The notes under the pieces are model-generated. The model saw only the letters and a list, made by a program, of their open reading frames with translations, did not search any database and had not been told where the DNA came from. Below, in pieces: positions 25,141 to 39,347 of a DNA stretch of 64,000 nt (the stretch's first letter is position 1; the number at the start of each line of letters is the position of its first letter). The stretch covers positions 17,236,001-17,300,000 of the forward strand of contig NC_043012.1 of NCBI RefSeq assembly GCF_006345805.1. The letters run 5' to 3'. The translations under genes and the position numbers were made by a program. This DNA comes from Octopus sinensis. Lineage: Eukaryota.

Positions 25141-25621
25141 TTGTAATTATATGTATATATGTATATATACATACATGCATACATACATACATATATATAT
25201 ATGTATTTATACATATATATATAGATGCGGATATATATGTACATATATATATATTTATATATACATATGTATGTATGCATGTAAACAATTTTATTTATCT
25301 TTAGCTGTACCATTTAAAAAAAATTACTTTCTCTAATGCATCGTCGTAAATATATTATGATTTCCTGAGGTATGAATTCTCGTTAGCAGCTATATTTTGA
25401 CATATATGTAAATCTATCTATATTTAGCCCGTTTCTTATATCTCAATTCGTCGTTGATATTTTGTTTTCATGTTTAAATACCAATTCAAACTTGTTTCAG
25501 TCTAACGTAATGCAGAGTCTATTTCTGTTTTAATACACATATACACACGCACGCGAGCAGGCACGCACTCAGACGCACATAAACATCCTTTGTATATGAA
25601 TGTATACACATTCATACATAC

Positions 25622-25668
<47 letters not shown>

Positions 25669-25710
25669 ATTATATATATATATATATAATGTATATATAT
25701 ATTATATATA

Positions 25711-25753
<43 letters not shown>

Positions 25754-25845
25754 TTATATTTGTACATATATATATATAAACACATATATCGTTCTATATA
25801 CAAGAAAATATATATGTATACATATGTGTTTTGAAGTATGTGTTT

Positions 25846-25887
<42 letters not shown>

Positions 25888-26495
25888 GTATGTATATATA
25901 TATATATGTATATATACGTGTATATATAATTATACGTATGCGTGTGTGCGTGTGTATGTATATATATATAATATATATATATACATATATATATATGCTT
26001 ATATACACATATCCAAATAAATGTATACTTATGTAGATAAGACTGCAATACTGCTTTATAAATTGTGTTGTTTTAATATATTAAAAATATTTCCTATCTT
26101 GTTACTAGTGCATCTTCGAAAATTGCAGCACTGACAGACGGACAGACACACACATATTCACATACACACTCACGCATGCACACATCTACACACACATGCC
26201 TACAAACATACGCGCACGCATATGAACATTTATTCATATTTATGATGTACTGTGTCTGTGATATGCAGACATACACACACACACTCACATACACATATAT
26301 GTATATGTGTGTATGTGTATATGTGCGAGTGTACTTACGTGCGTGCATAGATACTTGCTTAGATCCATACACACACACATACCCAGACACCACACGTACA
26401 CACACTATACAGTCATACACATACTGATACACACACACATGCACACGTACACACACACACATACACACACAAATATATATATACATATATATATA

Positions 26496-26564
<69 letters not shown>

Positions 26565-26580
26565 TATATTATATATCTAC
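24690..26580. repeat. Large (TA)n/(CA)n/(TATG)n low-complexity field
   Basis: Read directly; generates more than 15 spurious ORFs. Confidence 0.93.
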
Positions 26581-29112
26581 CAGAACAGTGTGACAGACAT
26601 AAAGTTTACGAAAACATTTTCGGGTCATTTAATGAAATATCTCTTCAGCCACCTTGTCTAAATGGGGTTATATATTTTGACAACCTAAAAACCTTCGTAG
26701 CTATTAGCTTCAAGACGTAGCCATTTTCATAACGACTGTCCTTCAGCGCAGCATGTAACATCAAATATAGTTTTAGTACAAGCTTAAGTTACACATACGT
26801 ATATAGAGTCACAGATATAACACAAAGCATCTGATGTCATACGTACACAGTTTTTGAACTCTTTTATTTTAATGCATCACGTAAAAAGGTTTTCTTTATC
26901 GATCGAACCATTCATTAAGCTAGTGACTGATTAAAGTATCTGTAGAGAAGAATTGCTGTTGTTTTTGTCGTCGTCGTCGTTGTTGTTATTGTTGTTGCTG
27001 TTGATAGTGTTTTTTAGTTGCTTAACCCCAGGTCAGTCTTTCTTCAGTTCATCAGGATGATTAAAAGCATTCCATTATGTCTTTTGCTCCGGTGCCATGT
27101 GTTAAACATTGTTCCGATACGGACAGTAAAGTACGACTCAAGAGAAATTTCACTATTATTTCTAGCAGATTGAACGACGATAAAGAATTTCCCGGTGATT
27201 CATTGGAGGAAAGCAGAATCTCATGGACATCAGAGTAATTGGTTTTCAGTATATAATCTCGTTATGTATACATTCTGAGTTCCAAACTCGCCAGCTCAGT
27301 ATTGCCGCTGGCCTCTGCAAGACTTGATAAAACAAGCACCAGGTATATACTAGATTAGTTAACATATCTTGCCTTTAAAAACTTGTAGCCTTTCCCAATA
27401 ATCAATTCCTTAGGCTATCGACAATCGCCCTCCGTCAAAGCAATCCGGGGACTTCCTTTTTAACTGTGTCCCTAGGCCCATGCAACCTTCTGAGTTGGTT
27501 CTCAGTCTGGTTGTCAGCTGTTCCTTTGCCTTCCTCATTTCGGTCTGTTATAGGGGGATCATCTACTTGGTGATGCTGTTCTGGGGTATTTTCTGATATT
27601 GGAATTTATAATTTCGAGATGAGCTATTAATACAGATATTTAAAATCTTTCAATGCCTTAGAAAACTAATCTAACTTTTGCTAAACCATCAGTGGAAAGG
27701 AGCCTGTGACATAGTGGTTAGGGTGTTGAATTCGCGGTTGCGAGATTCTGGATTCGATTCCCGGCTCGAAAACTGCGTTTTGTTCGTGAAGAAAACTCTT
27801 CACCACATGGTGCTTTACTGTTACTTCGAAATCTGGCGGGTTGCTCACAGTACACCCTATACAGGCACTTTCGTTTTGATACAGAGAGTGAGCTTATCAT
27901 TTGAGAGTGCAGCTCAATCATTTGTCCTTTATAAACAAATTATCTATGCAGGTGGTTCAGCAAGACATTGTAAAACCTTTCTCGAACCCTTTCGTTCCGC
28001 AAAGGTTACAAATTATATCAATCCTTGATACTGGTGGACTAAGACTCCCGTCGACACATTTCTGCTTTTAAATAAAGTGTTCATAACTTACGGAATGCAA
28101 ATTAGTAGCTCCTGATCTCTGTAACAACTGAGTTTGTAGAGTATATTAAACAGGTTGATTACTTGTTCCTCTGGGATTGGTCAAACTGATGAAGACACCT
28201 CTGATGTGACCTCGTAAGTTTCGGAAATCAATTAAGTCTATTCAACAGTTTTTTTTCAATATTCGAAGGGATAGATAAATTTTCCCTCTATATATATCTG
28301 CTCAATAGGTTTCATATATTTATTGTGCGAAATGTAATCCCTAAACTTTTCATATTCATATGTATAAAATTATGGTGTTTGTGATGAGGCCCTGTATTAG
28401 AAACTTAAGCGTAGTTGAAGTATAAAGAAGTGGAAAATATACATCACTGGAGATCTCTAAAAAGACCGAAACATGTTTGAGGCTGCCAAGGTGTTCGAGA
28501 AAGTATTTTCGTTTCCCAATTGCATGCGTAATTCTAATTTTATAAGAATAAAATGTAAGCGCTATCGCCGTTCTGCCTTGACAAAATTTGATTAACATTT
28601 CTTATTGAGCTTTTGTTTTTTTCTTTCATCGCTGTACGAGCAATTTAATTTATTTGAATCTCTTTGGTCACTGCATTTAATAGCTTAACACTAACTCAAA
28701 TATTATATTTCATGCGGATTACTTTCCTTCTGTAGGCAAGGGAAACTAGAAAGTTAACCTTATTACGTTTACATAGAATCAGACAAATCTAGGAATGCGT
28801 GTCACAGACACACTTACATCGCTATTTTAGCATCTGCGCTGTAACCTGACCGAAGGCTGTAGCTGGCTTCCCTGTTGTTTCATATCTAAGAAGAAAAACT
28901 TGTATTTCTTTTGTAAGCATTCCTTTAAGTACAGGTTACCTTGAAGAGTTAAACGAGAAAGAAAAATCCCCCCAAAGCCAAAACAAATTCATTTCTTTTT
29001 TCGTCCAAATAAGAAACAATATTGCATTTGAAAAACATCAACCGTCTGAAACAAATGCACGTTGCTTCATTTTGTTTTGTTTCAATGCGAATTTCTGAAA
29101 ACAGTAACCGTT

Positions 29113-29192
29113 CAGTTCTATATTTAAGAGATGAGGAATTATATACATTATTTATATTATTATCCGTCAAATGCAAATAATGTAAATAATGT
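29113..29192 (-). mobile_element. 80-bp retroposed fragment of the Penelope-like SINE tail, 5'-inverted, flanked by a 12-bp direct repeat
   Basis: acagtaaccgtt at 29101-29112 and 29193-29204. The insert is the reverse complement of ~585-630 followed by a forward match to ~568-600. Confidence 0.75.
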
Positions 29193-29401
29193 ACAGTAAC
29201 CGTTGTCGTACGTTTGTTCATTTAAATTGCTTTGAGGCATAAAATCGAAATTTGTTACCTTTTAATGCTTGGACAGAAATTTCATTTGACATCTTTGGTA
29301 GCCGAGGGCAAAATTTATGCTGTGACCATTAATATAAACATTTATTAGTCTATGAACTTGTCTGTTTGTCTGTTGTATGTCTCTGTCTCTTTCTTTCTCT
29401 C

Positions 29402-29494
<93 letters not shown>

Positions 29495-31349
29495 GTATAT
29501 ATATACATATATGTATATATATGTATACACACACACACGTACATAAATATGAAGTAGCCTGCTTGTTTTTCTTTGGTGGATCTTTGTGTTGTAGGAAATC
29601 ATTATTTTCCGAAAGAGACAAAATAGTAGCAAAGACATCAGCGTTCGACTTAATATCTTGTTCGAATTAAAGAAGCCATCTTTTATATTTCGTGTTCAAC
29701 TACCTTTTATATTACTGTAGCTTCTTTAAATATGCACCAGGCATATAATGAGGTTGATTCATACGATTAAATCCCAACCCAAATCAAACAAATGCATAAC
29801 CTTGTTTTGAATACGAGAAATGATTCTTATTTTCAAGAACCACTGGTTCAGAACCTGCTAAGTGCTACACTTAAGTATAATGCTTGTCGGTAATTAGTAT
29901 AAGTACTTACTGGTAGTATTGGTCCAGGATACTGGACTAATACTAACTCTCTTATACTAGTCACTGAAGTTACAGCGTAGTAACTTATACAGTAAACCGC
30001 TAGATGAAAACATTTACAGCGCTGAAGTTTGTCCCATTACAAGCTGAATAGAGAACTTGAAGTGAGTCAAAAATACTGATCGTCTTTTGAAATCGATATG
30101 TTAAATATCAGTCAAAACCCGGGATTAATTCAAAGCATTGTTCTTATACCAATGTAAGGAATCAATATCATTGTCTCAAAGAAGCTGGTCAGAGTTGCAC
30201 AAGCAGTCAATTGTTGAACAAAATGCTTTACGGAATTTAGTTACCTGTCCTTTTTTGTAAAGTTAATTTTTCCTGGAATTTGACGTCGACTGGTATATCA
30301 CTAAAGTAAAGTGATTTAATCAATCATATTCCCAGCTATACACATTTCCTTCGAAATACTAAAGCTACTTATCGTTTTATACCTCAAAACAAGAAATTGT
30401 CGAAGCAGATATAGTAGTTAGTTTAGTCTGTTTAATGAGCCAACAATAAAGTCTAATGGAGAACAGACAATGCTAACTTTTAATGATCTGGGGTCGATTC
30501 AGTAAGAACCATTGATAATAAAATACTAATATTATACAATAAAGACTCTTAATTATATAACAGATGTTGTAATCTGCCTAACACTACCTCCACACAATTC
30601 TTATAGCAGGCATTCGTGCTTGATCTCCCGTTGGAGGATAACCAACTTTTCCTTCCAGTGGTGCCTGAAGCCCTGCGAAAGGATCACAGAATTTTCCTTT
30701 CCTGTAGTAAGTGATACGAAACAAACAAATGAGGAAAAATATTTCGCCTTTACACATTTCTCACCCTATTTTAATGCTTTAAATTATTATTATTATTATT
30801 ATTATTGTTATTCCCTCAAAGCAAAATAACCCCCAGAATATTTGCATTTTATTCATTCAGGAACTACCTTTAAAGGTGATTTTTAAAATAATATTTTGTT
30901 TTTCTTTATAAAACCCTTCAATATACAAATCGGAACAAAGTCGGTCGCGCTTGCTGCTGTTACCGTTTGCTGCTGGCTGATAGACAATGATACTTCACAA
31001 TAGGCGCTATTAAATGTCGACGTGTTATTCAGAATGTAACGCTGGAAAACATATTGAGACTAGCGAAGTGAAGAATCGCAATCACCTTGGCTTTAATTTG
31101 GGAAATGGAAAAGTTAGTATTTGCTACCTTTTGTTGTACGAGTGCCAGTCCTTTTGTCCTTTGTATCATTTACTATATCTATCATTTCCTTTTATCGCAA
31201 AAGGAAAAATTTATTCCATTGTGTAGTTAGTTCTATAGAAATCTAATGGTCATTATTTCAAAAAAAGACAACACAAACACATAGATACGTTGGCAGTAAC
31301 ACACAAATACATATACGTTCATACAAACGCACACACACATAATATATAT

Positions 31350-31442
<93 letters not shown>

Positions 31443-32190
31443 AACATACATACATACGTATATATATGTGGGTGTATACATGTGCCTGTAAATATATATA
31501 CTAATATATATATATATATATATGCATAGCTTAGATGCGCGTGTGTCTGCATATGTGCATGAATGTGTGATCTGCACTCCTGGGCGGGCTTTTTGGAAAT
31601 ATAAAGATTTGCAGACATATAATTCGACTAATGTACACTTTTTAGCTGCTGTACATTATTACTCCGATATTGTTGAAAGATCATAGATGAAAGAGCCGAC
31701 CCATAATACAGATTCTGGCATGTCTTGCCATTGAAACTATTAATGTGTAGCTACATACACCAGTGTTAATTGATTTCAAACGGACCGAGTTATTTACTCT
31801 GCACCTTTCCGTTTTGTTACAAATGTGAAAGGAACAAAACCGGATCAGGTTACAATATGAAATGAAAACAAACGTACAGCCATAGACGTACACTACAACT
31901 ACATAAACACATAGTTATACATACATTCCTATATATATATATATTTACATATATTTACATATAAATATATACATACACACACGTATACATACACATGTAT
32001 ATATATATATATGTATATATGTATATAATACTTGTGTATATATACATGTATATATACAATATATATATATATATATATATTTGCATATATTTACATATAA
32101 ATGTATACATACACACACGTATACATACACATGCATATATATATGTATATATGTATATAATACTTGTGTATATATACATGTATGGATACA

Positions 32191-32221
<31 letters not shown>

Positions 32222-32659
32222 AATACGCAGTCAGACATACACATATATTTGTATATATGCATATATATATGTGTGTGTGTTTGTGTGTGTGTATAGTGTG
32301 TCTGTGGGCGTTGGTTATCAATGGGAAATGGCTACCTAGCAAAAATACTATAAGAACGTAGCAAAAATTTTCGAGACATCGAAAGCAATCAAGATAGAGT
32401 AAAATAACAAATGCGTACATTAAAATTTTACCGGCATCCCCTAAATAGATTTTTGGACCTAAATTGACTAAAAGCCAAACGCTTTCAAGCATGACTGTAA
32501 AAGTTTCATTCGCCAAGCGCAACCAGCGTCCGTTAATATGTTTTTATAGTGATTGGGTCACAAACCTTTCTAGAATCTTCCGGTTGTTTCTGAAAAACTC
32601 TACAGTTTCACATTGAGCAAACCCATTGAATGGTAAAAGCAATGAAATGCATTTGAAAC

Positions 32660-32700
32660 CAATTCAATTCACTTCAATAATAATAATAATAATGATAATT

Positions 32701-32758
<58 letters not shown>

Positions 32759-33124
32759 TAATAATAACAATAATAATAATAATGATAATAATAATAAATA
32801 ATAATAATATAATAATAATAATATAATAATAATAATAATAATAACAATAATAATAATAATAATAATAATAATGATGATGATGATGATGATGATGAGGAGG
32901 AGGAGGATGGTGATGAGGATGATGTAAAAGTGATGAAAGAGATGAGAATGATGGCAATGGTGACGACTGTTAATGTAAAAATAAAACTTAAATATTGTAT
33001 TGCTCTGGTCGTTATAATTTTATCATTAGTATTATTCTTGTTGTTGTTGTTATTACTGTTACAGTTATTATCATTGTTATTGTTGTTATTACTATTACTG
33101 CTATTATTATTATCATTATTATTA

Positions 33125-33170
<46 letters not shown>

Positions 33171-33190
33171 ACTTATCATTAATAAAAAAT
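32660..33190. repeat. Compound trinucleotide microsatellite: (TAA)n-(GAT)n-(GAG)n, then (TTA)n
   Basis: Read directly. Confidence 0.95.
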
Positions 33191-34267
33191 GGTGGCAGCA
33201 GCTGTACTACAAGCAGTTGTTATTAATTGTTATTTCTGTGTTTCTTTTTCTTTGTTGTTGTAATAAAACAAATGAATAACGGTTGCTGTACTTGTGGAAA
33301 TAACGTTGATCTAAGCTAAAAATAAATTTAAGAGTTATTGTTCCTGAATTTAATGAGCAGTGATGGAAATATGTTAATCCGCGATTACTTTCAATCATGC
33401 ATGAAACGTTAACAAAATTTTAATATAGCGTAATAATATATCTCCTGTAGTTATTATCAATGATTGGCTGTGTTACAAAAGTCCCATATTTTTACGTGAT
33501 GTTTCGTAAAGGTTTGTGAGGCGGAATTGATTAGACTTGTACACTTAGCTTCAACCGGAATTTGAAACCCGGTTTTGGAATAATGCCTTACTGATATATT
33601 ACCTTTTATTCTAAAAAAACAGGCTTTTAATATATCACACAGATTAATTCACAGCGCTACTAAGTGCATGGTATATGTTATCTAAATAAAATTAATTCTC
33701 TTTCAACTTTAGTTTCATGTCAGAGTGACCAAAACTCAGAATTCGCTTGACGATTGCAGTCGCGTGAAACTGGCATTAGAGTTTAAATAATCAATAGACT
33801 CCTGACTAAGTGCTGAGTAGTTTCTTCGCTTCTTGAATTAGTTTATCATCTGAATATCATATTTGATAGTCTGAAGAAGCCGAATACAAACTGGAATAAT
33901 GTCCACGTGAAACATCTTGCAAGTAACATCAACAGTAATTGTAAGTAACTATTAAAAGTTATACATCTATGTGTATAAATGAATGTTTATATGTGTATGT
34001 ATGCATGCTTGTGAATGTACATATGTCACGTAACAGAACACTAAATATATATAGTTAAAAAACTAAATAAAGTTTTATTTACATTTTTAACCATAATTTT
34101 TGATATGTATGAACTCTTAACTCCTTTTCAACGATATATATGTGTGTTTGTGTGTGTGTGTGTGCCTGTGTGTGTGTATGTGAGTGTGTGTTTAAAAAGT
34201 AAGGGATTACCCCAAAATGATTACCGGTTTGCTCCCAGTTAAGTTTTCAAAATATGTTATTCAACAT

Positions 34268-34412
34268 AGCTTGCTAACCAATCACATGGTTCCGGGTTCA
34301 GTCCCACTGCGTGGCATCTTGGGCAAGTGTCTTCTGCTATAGCCCCGGGCCGACCAATGCCTTGTGAGTGGATTTGGTAGACGGAAATTGAAAGAAGCCT
34401 GTCGTATATATG

Positions 34413-34478
<66 letters not shown>

Positions 34479-34678
34479 ATTTGTCCCCTAGTATTGCTGG
34501 TGTGTTTACGTCCCCGTCACTTAGCGGTTCGGCAAAAGAGACCGATAGAATAAGTACTGGGCTTACAAAGAATAAGTCCCGGGGTCGATTTGCTCGACTA
34601 AAGGCGGTGCTACAGCATGGCCGCAGTCAAATGACTGAAACAAGTAAAAGAGTAAAAGAGTAAAGAGAGTAAAAGAGA
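34268..34678 (+). mobile_element. Family A SINE, near full length
   Basis: B-box-like ggttcagtccc; CORE-like cttgggcaagtgtctt; internal (TA)n(TG)n; tail aaggcggtgctacagcatggccgcagtcaaatgactgaaac; terminal (agagtaa)n. Confidence 0.9.
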
Positions 34679-35393
34679 TTTAACATATAAATCCAGTAAA
34701 GTTCTTATAAGACAAGAAATTCGATGAATGATCCAATGGATAATTCTGAATATATTTCCTTATCCATATAGGCTTCCTGGAATATAAATATTAACAATAT
34801 TAATAATGAGGATTACTACGAAGTTGCATAGCTTTACCGTAATACTTTTAACGTATATATCGCCTTACATAGACGAACTAATGCTTCAGTTGCACAAATT
34901 AGTAACCGTTGCAGCTGGAACCCTACTATAAATCCGGTGCAGTTTCTTCAGGCTCTTTACTTGATATCCTTCGATTTGGCCATTTAAAGATTTTCTTTTA
35001 TCTACGGTGTAAATAACCATACAGACCTGGAACTAATAGATGTGACTCATGTTTAGAAGAATTATATCGGATCTTCATATATGAGGATTAGGTAATAAAT
35101 TCTAGACAGGAACAAGCATTGAGATGTTTGCACATGAAGAAATTCACATTTGCCAAGTATAAATGAATAGTTATTATTCTCAAACTATATAAGATTTATA
35201 TATGATTATCCAGTAAGAACTTGAAACGGTGACTGTTCGCGTTTAATTTAACGGAGAACTTTACGTTATATAATGTAGAGGTTATCAAAGAAAATCATTA
35301 AAATCATTAAACAGCCATTCCGAGGGATAGCAAGTCAAGAGCCTGAAGAGACTGCACCATTTTATAGTAGGGTTGCAATTTCAACGGTTACTA

Positions 35394-35394
<1 letters not shown>

Positions 35395-35428
<34 letters not shown>

Positions 35429-35517
35429 TACTTAAATATATCAATATTGTTATGGATTCATTAGTATCTAGGTGCATCAACACGTTGGACGCAAAAACCT
35501 GGTTAGATACCATAACA

Positions 35518-35590
<73 letters not shown>
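35395..35590. repeat. (CA)n and (TTA)n microsatellites
   Basis: Read directly. Confidence 0.95.
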
Positions 35591-35592
<2 letters not shown>

Positions 35593-38500
35593 ACATAGAA
35601 TTGGTAACAGAAGCAATATTACAAGAACTAGTTATGAGATTTCATGTGTAGGTAGTATACTGCAGGTGTGTAGATGTATAACAGGGTTGATTCCAGGTGC
35701 GGCGTAGGTATAAAAAGAACACAAATGGGATTTAACATTTACCACAGCTCTTTCGGTAGAATTTTTGCATATATGATGTGTATACAAATATGGAAGGGCA
35801 CTTGTAATATTTTGTCTCAGAGAAGCAATCCAAAAAGATTTGCCCAGAAGTTGGTGAATTGCAGAAATGAGGTTTCCACTTGATTTAGTTTTCGCAGTAA
35901 AGAATACTTCACAAGTTCTAAGCTGAGCTAAAAATTCTTGTTCAAGAGCAGAATCTGTTAACCAAGTATATATTGATTTTTGCGAAAGATAGCTTTACTA
36001 GAATTATATTATTATTAGCACTTGAAACAATTCCAAATTAAAAAGAAATAACATACACCCCTTGTTATATCTTGAAAACTTATCCCAACGGTTGCTGGAA
36101 GAAATAAGTAGGCTATTTGGGGATTTCAAATAAAAGTGTAGCAGAAAGAATGTATGTACTAAATGTAATACTAAATGTTGATCCCGATTCTCTAATTCCA
36201 TTACCTTTTATTTTTATCGCTACAGGTTGCAGCAGAAAAGCCCTCCATATTGTACATGGACATTAGTGTGGCACTAATAAAGTCAAACGGTTGGTAATGG
36301 TTTCTTCATCTTGATAATATTGTATCGTTTTATTTACCTTTCATCAACGTTGTAAGAATTGGTGCGTACCGTGTGTTTGCAGTTGAAACATAAATAGCGC
36401 AGAATCTGAATGGTTTTGCCGTACCCTGTACTGGTATCAGAACCATGTGTAGTGTATGAAAGAGAGAGAGAGTGGTTGAGTGTTATATTAGATATTTTGC
36501 AGTATTTAATTATGCTCCACTACATTTCTTGCTTTCGAATCCTGCCGAGTGTCAATTTTGCTTTTCTCTCTTCTTTCGGGATCAAAATTATTAGAAATCA
36601 TTATTTACAGCAGAATCACAAATATAAATCCTCCGCTACCCACCCACCCCACCACCAAAAAGAAAAACAAAAACAACGTAAAAAGACAAGATCCTCACTC
36701 CTCTAAAAACAAACAATAAATAATTGAAAGAAAGCAAAATTAATGACTAACTTGACATCATGAAGCGAATAATTTCTCAATCTACACAGCGGCAAAAGCG
36801 AAAAAAAACAAAATTAAGGATTGAATTAAACCGTTCATTAGCAATCGCGTCATTTAGAGAATGATTTTCATTAGGACATTCAATGCGATCTTAAAGCACT
36901 AAAAAGTCTAATGCATGATTCGCTCACTTGATGCAGCCGTGACTTGCACACCTAAGCAGATATGCAGATGTGCAGATGTGCAGATATGCTGTTATTTAGA
37001 GAGGAAAAAGCTTTGTTTGTTTTATGTGCTGCCTTGACAAAATTGTGCACTACGATCTGTTCAAAATTGTGCACATACCTTGAAAGAATTTCTCTACTTT
37101 GTATTCGCTCGATCAGCGATGTGTTTAGTGAGGTCGAAGTGTTTATGTTAGATGCTAAATGGAATATATATAATTACTATGAACATCTCCATTAGATCAA
37201 TAGAGAGTGGGTCTTTGAATTCGATTTTGCAACATTGCTTGCAAGTAGATATTACAGAGTGTAACAGTTTTTTTTCTCTAATTTCAGTAATTAGATTGCG
37301 GTTATACGATAGCACAAACTTCAAGGGATTTTGCTCGATATTATCGATGCCAATACATATTTCACCTTGTGACTGATTTTTAGCGAAATCAATTTTGTGA
37401 ATGGTTAAGTTACCTTTTGACATAATTGTATACCATTCCTTCAAAGCAGAGCTGTTGAAGATGCAGTTTTAATTCCCCATTTCACGTAACTCACTTTTTG
37501 CGAGCCACAGAGAAAGAGGATTTTAAGTGGTCGCTCGATCTGCTGGAAATGGCGGTCAAATATCTCACAAATAGTAATCTACCATCTTAAACAATGCCAA
37601 AAACATACCCACATGTGCACATAACCACACACATACATATACACACACTGTCGGTGATGACCATCGTCTTGAACTGTAGAATCGTTTATGATTACATCCC
37701 CCATCTCAGTTCTGGCATTTTTGAGGACTCTTGATGAATTATAAAAGTAACAAAGTATTACAGCCACTCGGACGACCGAAGTATTCCGTTTGCTATTGTC
37801 TATACTACATCGTTCTAAGTACCTCTATGAATGATGCGACTAAAGAATTGATAACATTTCATCGTCGCAGACACACATGATATCTCGACACTCTCAACGA
37901 TAACGACAAACCCTGAAATTCAGTATTCTTAACACACATTTCGGGAGAAGAGACTTGTGCAATGAAACTTTTTGTGACATTGAAAGATGGACATTTTCAA
38001 GAAGCTTTCTCCTCGCTGGGAAGGATAAACCTATAGTGGTGGAATTGAACTAAAATGACTGATACCTTCTTCTTAACTGCCGAAAACAGAGTCTGTGGGG
38101 AAACTGCTTTAAATTACTTTAAATTAAATCCCCACTGATTGTTTTCAATTTGTATGTGATCCCCTAGACGTAGTTTTACCTGACCCATTCACAAAGCAGA
38201 ACAGTAGTGCAGATACCTGGCTTCTACCAATGTGCATACCTCTATCCTGTTCTAATCTTCTGACTAGAAGTAGGATCTATCACTTCTGAACTGGTCTTAC
38301 TCTGTGTCTCTTACTTTGCCAACAATGATTGAACTGGGACACTTAGAAAAGTTTGTCTGTTGAGGAAGATTACTAGAAAACAGGAAGGCAAAAACTGTCA
38401 AAGGAACAGGTTAATTTATTCAGGGGTCCCTGTAACTAAATTAATTCTATAAAAATAATATGGAAATCTTGTCTCAATTTAATGAATAAAGATTACTTCG

Positions 38501-38822
38501 AATGTAAAAACTGTAAAGTATCGGACTACACTCGTAGTAACTCAATATAAGCTTAGCACTACGCAGCTATTCCATTGCCTATTTATTAACGTGCGGTATC
38601 TCCGCACACCATGGATCGGTATCCCCAAGGAAATGCTACCATGTCAACGACGTGTTTAAATGAGCGGGTTCCCTCCTACCACCACACCTCTTATTTCAGT
38701 AATCTCATTCTATTTCTTCACCTTTCTTTGCAACTCCATTTCCCATCTAGCTCACCTTCGCCCGCTTCTCTTTTCATTTCTCTTTCCTTCTCTTTCTCTC
38801 TCTCACATAGTTTTTTCCCCTT

Positions 38823-38885
38823 CTAGTTCCTGTCTACGTATGAAGATAACATTGTCTTGCGTTCCTCATTAGCTGCAGTCAATTT
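38823..38885 (-). CDS. Candidate terminal coding exon of an unknown gene (KLTAANEERKTMLSSYVDRN*)
   Basis: Preceded by acceptor-like ttactttatgtttcag; open frame to TAG. No recognisable homology. Confidence 0.22.
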   Translation of the reverse strand, partial: KLTAANEERKTMLSSYVDRN

Positions 38886-39309
38886 CTGAAACATAAAGTA
38901 AGTCAAACTCTGCTGCTTTACTTTTGTTTCCCTATTGTCAATTTTACTCCAAAGAACGTTGCAATCTGAAGCTTTGAAAATTCCACTCACAGTGGAAATT
39001 TCACTCCGTTCGTCGCTTTTTCCCAAATAATACAACTATCACCGCCGCAGGCCGCCATCAGTTTTCTTTGATTGTATTTAATTAGAAATCATTTTCCCAT
39101 GAAGAGAAAAACAAACGATATTAATCAAGGTGGAGTTTTGGTTGAAACAAACAACTTAGGAGAAAATAACATGTGGTATATATTTCTACTGACTGAACTC
39201 AGCTAATATCAATGTCGGATTCCCTTTTGTTGTGGGTGAGGGTCGTTAAAATCATGTACCATCTTAGGACGATGGATTAGCAGAATTGTTAACGCCTTGA
39301 ACAAAATAC

Positions 39310-39347
39310 CTTGTAGTAGTTGTTCAGTCTCTGTGCGTTCTGACTTC
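39310..39347 (-). CDS. Candidate 38-nt internal exon (SQNAQRLNNYYK or KSERTETEQLLQ)
   Basis: Acceptor atattttcag and donor AG|gtattt; can splice in frame to 38885. Confidence 0.2.

Noticed and set aside
28186-28225. CTGATGAAGACAC...GTGAC hammerhead-like start
   Set aside because: No GAAA follows stem II.
30610-30707. Candidate + exon AFVLDLPLEDNQLFLPVVPEALRKDHRIFLSC
   Set aside because: Splice-like signals exist, but the segment contains an internal duplicated pyrimidine motif and has no recognisable homology or partner exon.
34268-34330. SINE heads as functional tRNA genes
   Set aside because: Only A/B-box-like motifs are present, without a complete cloverleaf, and they are embedded in repeat bodies.
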